From positions 1 to 19,949 of the forward strand of contig NW_021824074.1 of assembly GCF_006345805.1 (NCBI RefSeq): a DNA stretch of 19,949 nucleotides, written 5' to 3'. A program made the position numbers and the translations under genes. Below are positions 1 through 9,999 of the stretch, piece after piece. Numbering within the stretch: position 1 is the first letter of the stretch; each line of letters begins with the position of its first letter. Origin of the DNA: Octopus sinensis. Lineage: Eukaryota. The notes under the pieces were generated by a model, which was given only the letters and a program-made list of their open reading frames with translations, had not been told where the DNA came from and searched no databases.

Positions 1-427
1 TCTTTACAGTGATACTCACATATAATCTATGTCAGCATGTGATTATAAACAATATTACAGGATGAACCATTTCTGAAAAGAAAAAGTAAATACATAACAA
101 CAAACAAATCGAAACAAAAAATAATTTGTTATGACAAGCATGGCAAATGGACTTTTTTTAATGATATAGAGAGAATTAAAAGATTACCGTTTGTTAGAGG
201 CAATAAATTTGAGCGTAATTATAGGTATAAATATGAATTTAATATTTATTATTATCAATAACGAAGATATATATTTTCAGAAAATGAACTCTGACAAAAT
301 ACAGTGTATGTTATACGTAATATATCTTTTATAAAGTGAAGGATATCGAGATAATAGCGAAAATAACGGCCATATGTGTGTGTGTGTGTGGACAGAGAGA
401 GAGATAAATAAATAGACAGACAGGTAA

Positions 428-430
<3 letters not shown>

Positions 431-494
<64 letters not shown>

Positions 495-497
495 GAT
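431..497. repeat. (GATA)n microsatellite
   Basis: Near-perfect GATA tandem array. Confidence 0.95.
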
Positions 498-510
498 ACG
501 ATATGATATT

Positions 511-709
511 GTTCTTTATTAGCCACACAGGGCCGCACACAGATAGAACAAATTACAAGGTAGAGTTTTTTTTGAAGGATTAAAAAAAAAAAAAACAAAA
601 TAAAAAAAAAAAATGGGAAAGGGAGAGTTTCGATCAAAAGGACGTCGTAAAAGGAGAGAAAGAGGACAAAAAAAGGGGGGGGTTAAAAAAAAAAAAAAAA
701 AAAAAAAAA
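511..709 (-). mobile_element. 3' end fragment of a non-LTR retrotransposon (L1/Tx1-like 3' UTR)
   Basis: Homologous to 15167-15506 (ttctttatt.gccacacaggg..gcacacagat.g.acaa.ttacaaggtagag...ttcgatcaaaagg). Minus strand ends GTGTGGCTAATAAAGAAC after a polypyrimidine tract. Lies between GATA arrays. Clade assignment is inference. Confidence 0.6.
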
Positions 710-720
710 GATAGATAGAG

Positions 721-754
<34 letters not shown>

Positions 755-769
755 TACAGACAGGCAGAC

Positions 770-819
<50 letters not shown>

Positions 820-833
820 GATAGATAGATAGA
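710..833. repeat. (GATA)n microsatellite
   Basis: GATA/GACA tandem array. Confidence 0.95.
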
Positions 834-1240
834 TTTCTTTATTGCCCACAAGGGGCAAAACATAGAGGAGACAAACAAAGACAGACAAAGAGATTAAGTC
901 GATTACATCGACCCCAGCGCGTAACTGGTACTTAATTTATCGACCCCAAAATGATGAAAGGCAAAGTCGACCTCGGCGGAATTTGAACTCAGAGCATAAA
1001 GGCAGACGAAATACCTATTTTTTTACTACCCACAAGGGGCTAAATACAGAGGGGACAAACAAGGACAGACAAACGGATTAAGTCGATTATATCGACCCCA
1101 GTGCGTAACTGGTACTTGATTTATCGACTCCGAAACTATGAAAGGCAAAGTCGACCTTGGCGGAATTTGAACTCAGAACGTAACGGCAGACGAAATACCG
1201 CTAAGCATTTCGCCCGGCGCGCTAACGTTTCTTCCAGTTC
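834..1240 (-). mobile_element. tRNA-derived SINE family A, composite (head-body-tail-body-tail) with AATAAAGAA-type tail
   Basis: Minus strand has an A-box-like segment (CTGGAAGAAACGTTAGC), B-box GAGTTCAAATTCC and central GTCGACTTTGCCTTTCAT..GGGGTCGATAAATTAAGTACCAG. The 124-bp body occurs at 1076-1199 and 892-1015; tails at 1016-1075 and 834-891. GATA arrays on both sides. Confidence 0.85.
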
Positions 1241-1242
1241 AA

Positions 1243-1255
1243 GATAGATCGATAT

Positions 1256-1326
<71 letters not shown>
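1243..1326. repeat. (GATA)n microsatellite
   Basis: Tandem array. Confidence 0.95.
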
Positions 1327-1327
<1 letters not shown>

Positions 1328-1509
1328 AGGAATGGATGTAAACACATTAAATAAGTGTGTGTAAATGTGTGTGTGTGACTACGTGTTCAGAGAAATGAAA
1401 GTTCATTGACTGAGCGAGAATAAGTATGTCAGGAATATCCATATATATATACAAACACACATATATATACACACATACATATACACATGCATTCTAAATG
1501 ATCTTAACA

Positions 1510-1522
1510 CAGACAGACAGAG

Positions 1523-1608
<86 letters not shown>
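1510..1608. repeat. (GACA)n/(GATA)n microsatellite
   Basis: Tandem array. Confidence 0.95.
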
Positions 1609-1794
1609 GCACGTGACACATTTATTATGATTGAACCAATTAAATTCAGCATAAATTCATCCTTTTTCAATACATATTTATACACACCCTCAGACATATA
1701 GACACACCTACACACACAAACATGCATGCATCCGCACATACAAACAAACAAGTATTATATTATATACATTTACATGAACGTCGTTACATGTGCG

Positions 1795-1942
1795 TATATA
1801 TATGTTTGTAAATTGTGTGTATATGTGTATATATTTATATATATTTATATATGTAATATATATATTCATATGTATATATATAATATATATATATATGTGT
1901 TAATATATATATATATATATGTATGTGTATATATATGTATAT

Positions 1943-1996
<54 letters not shown>
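1795..1996. repeat. Degenerate (TA)n/(TG)n low-complexity tract ending in pure (TA)n
   Basis: Dinucleotide repeats. Confidence 0.9.
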
Positions 1997-1998
<2 letters not shown>

Positions 1999-2380
1999 CG
2001 ATGGATGAATGAATTATCCTATGTTTACCGTCAATATGAGGAAATTCGATGAACCTGGTACCAGGGTAGCAAATTCACGTCAGAAACACGGTTGAAGCGA
2101 CCTATCCAAAGGTAGAAACTCCGGGTTCATGTGCAGAATTGCAGAAATTGGTGTGTTATATATGAATAAATAAATAAATAAATGGAGTTGAACGAAGGTG
2201 TTAATAAAATGCCTTTACTTTCGACATATGTTTCGAAGACAACATGGTTTTATTCCAAAGGAATAAACGGTGTAAGATGCAATCTTCTCATCGGGAAAGA
2301 AAGGGATCCTCTCTCAACAACAAGACAAAACAATAATTACGATGACTACCTACATGATAAACAAAACGTTTATTTATTCA
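1997..2380 (-). mobile_element. Probable Penelope-like element terminal (pseudo-LTR) or retrozyme-like fragment
   Basis: Non-repetitive block bounded by (TA)n on both sides and containing a type I hammerhead motif, the ribozyme type known from PLE pseudo-LTRs. No ORF recognised. Confidence 0.45.
2218..2299 (-). ncRNA. Type I hammerhead ribozyme-like motif (U4C core variant)
   Basis: Minus strand: CUUUC (stem I) - CCGAUGA (core) - GAAGA...UCUUC (stem II, with inner hairpin UUUAUUCC-UUU-GGAAUAAA) - GAAA - C AUAU G (palindromic stem III ACAUAUGU) - UC^ - GAAAG (stem I). Confidence 0.65.
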
Positions 2381-2543
2381 TATATATATATATACTAGCA
2401 ATATAACCCGGCCTTGCCCGGGATTAAGTTACGATTATTAAGCTAATCAAGTTCTTTATTTCAAACCAAACTAAGTAATATAGACGTCAAATTTGGGCGA
2501 AATCCGTTGAAATTAGTTATATTATATATATTATATATATATA

Positions 2544-2996
2544 TCATCTTGATCACCTTGACCGACCTGTCCGTCGGGCGTCCATTTGACACCGCTGGTC
2601 ACAGCACGCTGTCCACTCCTCTCTGGATCACGCCTTTCTCATCCACGTGATCCCAATCGTCCTCCTGAAATCGTAACTCCACCGTCGTGGAGGCCTTCCG
2701 GGTGGTCGTTTCCGCTCGCGCAGGTACCACTCGACAACTGCGCGGGTCCACCGATTATCGGTGAGCCGGGCGACGTGTCCAGCCCATCTAAACTTGCTGC
2801 GTGTATACTCTGCGATGACATCCCTCACGCCGGACTTCTTTCTGATGATCTCGCTACTGATGTGCTCTCTCAACGAGATACCAAGCATTGACCTTTCCAT
2901 GGCTCTTTGAGCCGTTACCAGTCTCTGCTCTTCTCTCTTTGTTGTAGCCCATGTTTCACTACCATACAACATTGCAGGTAGAACTGTACTGTTGAT

Positions 2997-2998
<2 letters not shown>
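2544..2998 (-). mobile_element. 5'-truncated RTE-clade LINE (post-RT C-terminal region and 3' end)
   Basis: Translation INSTVLPAMLYGSETW...RAMERSMLG...KFRWAGHVAR..DNRWT...RPPGRPPRRW, typical of RTE. One in-frame stop near 2628. Short repeat tail (TCAAGGTGATCAAGATGAT). Flanked by (TA)n on both sides. Confidence 0.9.
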
Positions 2999-3035
<37 letters not shown>

Positions 3036-3580
3036 GCAACAGATATGAACATACATACACACACGTACGTGCGTACACCTATTGCGTGTTTTGTGCACGC
3101 ATACATGTTCATAAACAGAAATGAATGGAAAAATTTTGTTAAATTTGTAGATTAACACTCGCACGATTTTCACGAAGAAAAAAATCGTTTTTTTTTTTGG
3201 CGTAGAATCAACTACTCTGGCCTCAAAACCCTTTTTGTGCTCCGTGAAACGGAGTTGGATGCGGTGGAAGCCTCGCAAATTGTACCCATTTATATTGTGT
3301 AATTTACTGGCAAATTGGTACTCACCTCTTTGTTTCCTTGTTGTTAAATAAATGGATTGTCAACAAAACACTTTTTTACTCGGCGTAAAATAAAAACAAA
3401 ACTCTTTCGCACCCAAAGTAATGTGTGTGAGAGAGAGGGAGGAGAAAGATAAACGATTTAAAATAAATATATTGTAATTGTTGTGTGAGAAAGTATATAT
3501 ACTATAATTATCAAATATGGTGTCTTTCAAAAACAAAAAACAAAACATTTTACATTTTATTTTTTATGAACGTTGTCACT

Positions 3581-3582
<2 letters not shown>

Positions 3583-3631
<49 letters not shown>
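3583..3631. repeat. (CT)n microsatellite inside Helitron
   Basis: Tandem array. Confidence 0.95.
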
Positions 3632-3635
<4 letters not shown>

Positions 3636-5017
3636 TTTCTCACTTTGTCTTTCCCGTGAAACTCTCTGCCTCCTTCTTCCACTTTTCTTTATCTTTTTTT
3701 GTTAGACGCCGTCAATAAAGCTATGGCTGATATTTTCATGGCTAAAAGCTATGGTTGAAAATAGATTTTTACGCGGTTGACTTGGGAAAAAAATAAGTTG
3801 ATAAAACCCAGATAGGATGTTGACGAATGTCCTCCTAAAATTTGAGTGACATGCGTGCTAATTTGTGGATGTGCATAAATTACAATCACGTACACACATA
3901 TCATGCCTTTTATAGATATGATTATATATTAGAACCTAAAAGATAAATTATTACGGCTATATCTAAGAAATTATTCTAGAGAAATTAAACTGCATATATT
4001 CGTATTGACTATGATATCCTAAATCTAACACTTTCAAGATGTTACTGAACTCCTTCCTTATAGCATCCATTATATGACCTTTTAAATTTCACCGATTGAA
4101 TAATGGATAATAATTCAAATAAAACAAGCCTTTTTTCCGAGGTATATCCAGCCTGTGCAATCCTGTTAATTTACAAACCTCATTTCCATGTTTTGATCCA
4201 TGGAAACATCAAACAATGCAAAAATATCTACGGTTTTCTAAAAGTTTAATTCAGCATTTCTCCATACACCAGAGATATCACAAGATTTTTTTCGAAAATG
4301 GTTATACAGTAATCTATAGATACTCTAAAGCTTTTGCTGTTTCTACAGCCTGTATAAGGCAATTTTTGCCGTATAAACGTGTAAAATTCTTCCCTTCTAT
4401 AGAAGCGAACCTAATATCTGCCATATCAACGACAATCTAAAAGTGTTAATTTATCAAAATATGTTCCACCAGATGACTTTGAAACAGAAGCCAAAACTAC
4501 ATGGAGCTAACGAAAAATTCTCTTGAATTTCTGCAATATGTTTAAGAGCATTAAAATACTGACGAAAACAGCTTTCCACATTACTCTCGAAATACATCTG
4601 GTGTATAAAGTATTATAACTAACAATTATAATACATTCTGAGTGATTAAAAAACATGATGGCCCGCTAGATTACTGGAGCCAGATGATGCAATATTTCCC
4701 TATCGTCAAAGTGTAACACTGTAGTATAGTTACAGCCTTTTTCGCAAATTCGGACAAAAGGATGACATTCGTGAATTCCTTTTTAACAAGTTCATCACGA
4801 TTTATTAAAGAATTTTCCCCAAACTAGTTGGCTAAAATAGCGTTATGGTTTCCCTGCATAAAATTGTTTGATCAACTCTTAGTCTAGCAAACTGATGAGA
4901 GGAAAATTTCCCGTATGTTCCGTTTCTTATTTGATACCTTTTTTTTCTATTTACATCGCGAATCATGCAATTCTTTTTCTCCTCACACAAGCATACACGC
5001 GCGCGCATACACACAGT

Positions 5018-5097
<80 letters not shown>

Positions 5098-5122
5098 ATG
5101 ACAGACAGACAGACAGACAGAC

Positions 5123-5183
<61 letters not shown>

Positions 5184-5209
5184 TGCATATGTGTGTGTCT
5201 GTCTACCTG

Positions 5210-5251
<42 letters not shown>

Positions 5252-5260
5252 CATACATAT
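5018..5260. repeat. Compound (GATA)n/(GACA)n/(TA)n/(TACA)n microsatellite
   Basis: Tandem arrays; source of the spurious ORFs at 4832-5336. Confidence 0.95.
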
Positions 5261-6191
5261 GGGGTGGTTGTGGGTACGATGAAGTGTCTATTATAACGAA
5301 TGGAGAACCACATGTAGCCTTCAGCCTTTCTTCCATAAACGAAGATTTAAACCCAATTATATTGATTATAAGCTATTATTTATAGCAGTGTCCACTCCGA
5401 CATACGCCGTTAAAATAATTTATCAACATAATTTCCAAAGCTTCAACATTTCTAAGAATAGAAGATACAGATATTCAGTTTATAACTGGGACATATTTTA
5501 ACCCCTCACCACAAGAGAGTAGACAAAATGAGAGTGAGTGAAATGGCATTAGAGTCTCTATCGTTCTGAATTCTACCTATAAACATATTTTTCTCCTTAA
5601 TATTATAAAACCAGAAGACAACCATTTAATTTCAACAAATAATATTTTCATCACCTGCGCGTGAGTTTCGGCCTATTATGTTTCATCAGAACAGCTCTTT
5701 GCAATCCCGGTTAGAAAAAAAAAACATTACATTTTAAGACGCGTCATATTTCAAAGAAATATTCGTAGTCTCTGAATTGCTGTATTGTATATGTTGTGGT
5801 CAGAACTGTATGTAGCTGTTAGAAGAAATTAAACCAGGAATTACATTTTATTCTGTCGTTAATGCAGAATATTCTTGATGTCTTTTCTCTCTTCATTGAT
5901 GTTTCGTTTAGGATTAAATCCATATTTTGACTGCTGCAGTATAAAGTTTATAGCAAATGGTGATTGTGCTTCTTTCTCCATCTCTGCTGAAATCATAAAG
6001 TTTTACTTGCAGTTCTCTTATCAGCGGAAGCAGATAGAGAAGCACAATCACCATATGAGATAAAACTGTAAAATTCAGTTTACAGTAGCCGGAAAACGAA
6101 TTTCGTCCTGAATAGTAACAAATAGATAATGAAGAAGGAAAACATAATTATTGTCTTTTAATTCTTTTATGTTCCTTAATTTTGAATAATC

Positions 6192-6383
6192 GTGGAGGCG
6201 CGTGGCTTAGTGGTGAGGGTGTCAGCATCATGATCGTAAGATTGTGGTTTCGATTCCTGGACCGGGCGACGCGTTGTGTTCTTGAACAAAACACTTCATT
6301 TCACGTTGCTCCTGTCCAGCTGGGGAACACATATGCCATTGAAACCGGGCCCATGAACCTGGCTAGACTTTAAAAGGGCGCAA
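6192..6383 (+). mobile_element. tRNA-derived SINE family B with CORE-like segment
   Basis: A-box TGGCTTAGTGG, B-box GGTTTCGATTCC, then TTGTGTTCTTGAACAAAACACTT (CORE-like). Its tail matches the reverse complement of 13283-13360. Confidence 0.85.
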
Positions 6384-6485
6384 GTGGAGGCGCAATGGCC
6401 CAGTGGTTAGGGCAGCGGACTCGCGGTCGGAGGATCGCGGTTTCGATTCCCAAACCAGGCTTTGTGTGTGTTTATTGAGCGAAAA
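6384..6485 (+). mobile_element. SINE family C, head only (3'-truncated)
   Basis: A-box TGGCCCAGTGG, B-box GGTTTCGATTCCC. Near-identical to the reverse complement of 8044-8145. Confidence 0.9.
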
Positions 6486-6520
6486 TTAAAAACGTTTACC
6501 AGTAAACGTTTTTAATTTTC
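6481..6520. repeat. Perfect inverted repeat, 19-bp arms, 2-nt loop
   Basis: GAAAATTAAAAACGTTTAC-CA-GTAAACGTTTTTAATTTTC. Confidence 0.95.
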
Positions 6521-6630
6521 AATCCTTTCGAGAATTTATCCATAATTAGTAGTTTGAGTTTTCTACTGCTCTTTCTAGCACAAGGCTTTCCTATTTGGAA
6601 GCCTCTAATGTGTTCTAATGTACACGATAT

Positions 6631-6663
<33 letters not shown>

Positions 6664-6699
6664 ATATATATATATATATTTACATGAGGATAAGCATAT

Positions 6700-6790
6700 T
6701 AAAAGGAGTCCTTGGAAAACTCATTTAAATGAAAAGGTTGAGAAAACACTGTTGGAAACCACTGGGAAAAGATTAGGAACCACTGTTTTA
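6700..6790 (+). mobile_element. Possible hAT/Charlie-type DNA transposon terminus, locally reiterated
   Basis: GGAGTCCTTGG...AAAAGGTTGAGAAACACTG followed by GGAAACCACTG and AGGAACCACTG, resembling hAT MITE right ends. No matching left end seen. Confidence 0.35.
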
Positions 6791-7759
6791 AAGTAACAGA
6801 GATGAGACATGGGAAATGGTAAATGGTGTTTCGTATTAATTATTGGCTGTTTCTAGGTTGTTTCTTTGTTTTCTTGGTCGTTCGAATCAGGTTTGGGTGC
6901 ACAACTATAGTATGTTAATAGACTGCTAACTTCTATATAATATTACATTGGATTGTAGTCCATCCATAATCACATATTCTGTTTCCGTTAACCCATAAAC
7001 GTTTGGTTATGAAATTTAATATTCTGCCTTATATGATATTGTCAGTACCGCTATGCTTTAGTATTGAAGCAGGTTTTATATTCAATCTATGACACAGAAT
7101 TATAATTGTACATCCTATATGACAGTCATATTTATGGCAAATATTACATAAATATTTCTAATCGAATTTACATGTGACATCCATCATCTCAGCTCCACAT
7201 GCCTAAAAGATTGCAGTATATTTTAATACGAATTTGCTTTATTATTTTCCATACGAAATATATAGGCCCCAGATACAATATAGAACGTTGTCATATTATG
7301 TCGTATTAAAAGAATAAAAACTCGGTTTCATCTCTAGCCAATACTCGTTTTTATTTTCAATATCTTTCTTATCTTCTCTATATTTATGACAAAACTTTGA
7401 ATAAAATATACACTTCCATTAAAACCAGTATAAAACATAAGACCACATCTTTTGATTTAAATATTATTTTCCTGATTTTGTAATGTATTTAATAATGTTT
7501 TCTTTTAGCTCCGTTTAATGTCCTACATGTTTGTAACCGTACACTGATAAGAAATACATTCGACTATTTTACAACCTGCGTGCTTTTGTTGGTGAGTAGA
7601 CTATTTCCCAGTAAAATATATTCTACCTCCCAACATATTGTGGCTATGTGTTCTCACAGCGCTATGTATTGTCGCTAGAAGAATCTTTTATTATATTGTA
7701 TATATGTGTGTATATATTCTTGTATGTATGTATGTATTTATGTATGTATGTATGCACGT

Positions 7760-8145
7760 GGATGGAAGCACTCCGTCGGTTACGACGACGAGGGTTCCGG
7801 TTGATCCGATCAACGGAACAGCCTGCTCGTGAAATTAACGTGTAAGTGGCTGAGCACTCCACAGACACGTGTACCCTTAACGTAGTTCTCGGGGATATTC
7901 AGCGTGACACAGAGAGTGACAAGGCCGGCCCTTTGAAATACAGGTACAACAGAAACAGGAAGTAAGAGTGAGAGAAAGTTGTGGTGAAAGAGTACAGCAG
8001 GGATCACCACCATCCCTGCCGGAGCCTCGTGGAGCTTTAGGTGTTTTCGCTCAATAAACACTCACAACGCCCGGTCTGGGAATCGAAACCGCGATCCTAC
8101 GACCGCGAGTCCGCTGCCCTAACCACTGGGCCATTGCGCCTCCAC
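7760..8145 (-). mobile_element. Full-length SINE family C with 10-bp TSD
   Basis: tRNA-like head GTGGAGGCGCAATGGCCCAGTGG...GGTTTCGATTCCC on the minus strand; CpG-rich. TSD GTATGCACGT at 7750-7759 and 8146-8155. Confidence 0.92.
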
Positions 8146-8177
8146 GTATGCACGTATATGTGCAAGTACGTATGTAA

Positions 8178-8627
8178 TTCTTTTATTAAGTACTCAGCCT
8201 TTAACACAAAAGGGACAACACAAGGACAGACGGAACACCGCAGTGGGGACAAAAGACAAAACGAACGAAAAATGAAAAATGTATAATGAAATGATGTTGA
8301 TGAAATGGCTGCATGCGGTACGATTTGAACGTTCTTACCTTCAGTTTATAATCTTTTTCTTTTTCTTTGTTTTTCCTAATAGTATCATTTTGTTTACTCT
8401 TTTTTTCTTTTTTTTTAAACAATTTTCCTCTTTTTTTTTAATATCTTATGCATGGTTCTATTTCCCTTAGTTCTACTACTAGTGGCAGTTCATCGAACTC
8501 CACCACGAAGCCTCGTGGTTCAACTTTACATTTTCCCTTCAACTTGCTATATTTTTCTTTATCGATTAAAATTGCTTTCACAATTTCACCGTACATGTCC
8601 TTGGGCAACTTAACCCTTATATTGGAT
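8178..8627 (-). mobile_element. 5'-truncated retro-insert: coding-like fragment plus L1/Tx1-like tail, no RT, 12-bp TSD
   Basis: TSD GTACGTATGTAA at 8166-8177 and 8628-8639. Open frame SNIRVKLPKDMYGEIVKAILIDKEKYSKLKGKCKVEPRGFVVEFDELPLVVELREIEPCIRY. Ends GTCTGTCCTTGTGTTGTCCC...TAATAAAAGAA. Confidence 0.7.
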
Positions 8628-8662
8628 GTACGTATGTAAATGCAATACATGTATCTGTGTGT

Positions 8663-8691
8663 GTATGTATGTATGTATGTATGTATGTATG

Positions 8692-8725
<34 letters not shown>

Positions 8726-8742
8726 TGTATGTATGTATGTAT
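8663..8742. repeat. (TATG)n microsatellite
   Basis: Tandem array. Confidence 0.95.
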
Positions 8743-8744
8743 TA

Positions 8745-8945
8745 GTCGCCATGCTTGATTGTTAAATCCACAAGTTTGTTTATTCTCTGTTTATTTTTTC
8801 TTATTCCCTTCTGCTGAAGAGCGTAGGCTCGAAACATAAAAGACTTTCTCATTTTCTCCGAGCATCAAACTAATACATCTTCTTGTTGTTCATACACCTG
8901 TCTTCGTCTTTTGTTTCTTTTTTTTTTAATAAATTTCAACTATGT
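8745..8945 (+). mobile_element. Possible Penelope-like terminal fragment with minimal hammerhead-like core
   Basis: CTGAAGA-GCGTAGGCTC-GAAAC at 8814-8835, followed by a T-rich tract and AATAAA. Stems I and III are not well formed. Confidence 0.35.
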
Positions 8946-9217
8946 TTTTTAATAAATTTCAACTATGTTTAGAGTAATATCAGCCATAATTTATCTAAAA
9001 CTCCAAGACAAATGTTTTCATCACCCTTCTTCAACTTGGAATATTGTCTATAGAATTGCTCTCATCCAAACAGATCGTGTGACAATAGGCTTTTCATGAG
9101 ATCAGATATTGAAGCAGCCTGTGGCATCTCTTAACAAGAGACTCGTGAAATCTCCAGAAAATTCCTGAGCACTGCAGAGTCAATGAAATAACCGCGTAAA
9201 ATCCTTTATACAACAGC

Positions 9218-9390
9218 TACAAGGCCGGAAATTTGGGGGAAAGTCGATTTCATCGACCCCCAATGCTCAAATGGTATTTATTTTATCGACTCCGAAAGGA
9301 TGAGAGACGAAGGTGACCTCGACATAATCTGGACCCAAAACGTAAAGACGGAAGAAAAATCCGTCAAGCATTCTACCCGCTCACCAGCTT
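9218..9390 (-). mobile_element. Diverged SINE family A
   Basis: AAGTCGATTTCATCGACCCC...TTTATCGACTCCGAAAGGATGA matches the family A body. Confidence 0.8.
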
Positions 9391-9689
9391 AGTAATTCGA
9401 AAAAAATAAAAATCATGGGTTACTAAGAATTGCTTCCCTTTCTGATCCTGGTTTCGCTGCTTTCCTTCAATTATAGTCGTACAGTTTATCTTTCTCCCGG
9501 TCTGAAAAAGTTTTGACCGTTTGAGGGAGCAATAACCTTGGCGACTGAGAACAAACGTCTTTCAGAGAATAGAAAATGGAGCGAATCATCAACTGAAAAC
9601 TTATTTATAAGTTATATAAAGTATATACAAACTTTTCACAATGTATTAAGTGCTCTTTTCATCCCTTTGTGCTTATAAACCCACAGACA

Positions 9690-9692
9690 CTG

Positions 9693-9737
<45 letters not shown>

Positions 9738-9751
9738 TGTATGTATGTATG

Positions 9752-9783
<32 letters not shown>

Positions 9784-9960
9784 ATACATGCATGTGTAAA
9801 CGTCTACCTGCACAAACCAGAAAAGACCACTCTCTCTTTTCTTCTATCTTTCTCTTTCTCTCTCTCTCTCTTTCTTTCCATCTATCTATCTAGCTAGCTC
9901 TGTGTATATATACATATACATATATATATGTGTGTGTGTATATGTATATATATGTATATA

Positions 9961-9999
<39 letters not shown>

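Larger units (their letters stand above)
2395..3921 (-). mobile_element. Non-autonomous Helitron with nested RTE fragment and microsatellites
   Basis: Minus-strand 3' end is hairpin CCCGGGCAAGGCCGGG (2407-2422) then CTAG (2395-2398) followed by T. 5' end reads A^TCATATCTATAAAAGGC (TC at 3921-3920; alternative start 3916). Same terminal architecture as 13749-14257. Pairing of the two ends is inferred. Confidence 0.65.

Noticed and set aside
834-1240. CRISPR-like or LTR-like direct repeats
   Set aside because: The repeats are 124-bp SINE bodies and the spacers are homologous to each other; eukaryotic context, no cas genes or LTR hallmarks.
277-1944. ORFs rich in IYLS, YI or CV
   Set aside because: Translations of (GATA)n, (TA)n and (TG)n repeats.
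2586-2891. 101-aa plus-strand ORF
   Set aside because: Antisense shadow of the RTE fragment.
4310-4445. Possible minus-strand exon after TTTTAG (IVVDMADIRFASIEGKNFTRLYGKNCLIQAVETAKALEYL*)
   Set aside because: No recognisable homology or partner exons; cannot be supported without RNA data.
4890-4930. CTGATGA followed by a GGAAA/TTTCC hairpin as a hammerhead
   Set aside because: No GAAA or stem III downstream.
6384-6460. tRNA gene
   Set aside because: It has A and B boxes but continues into the SINE body seen at 7760-8145, and lacks a closing acceptor stem.
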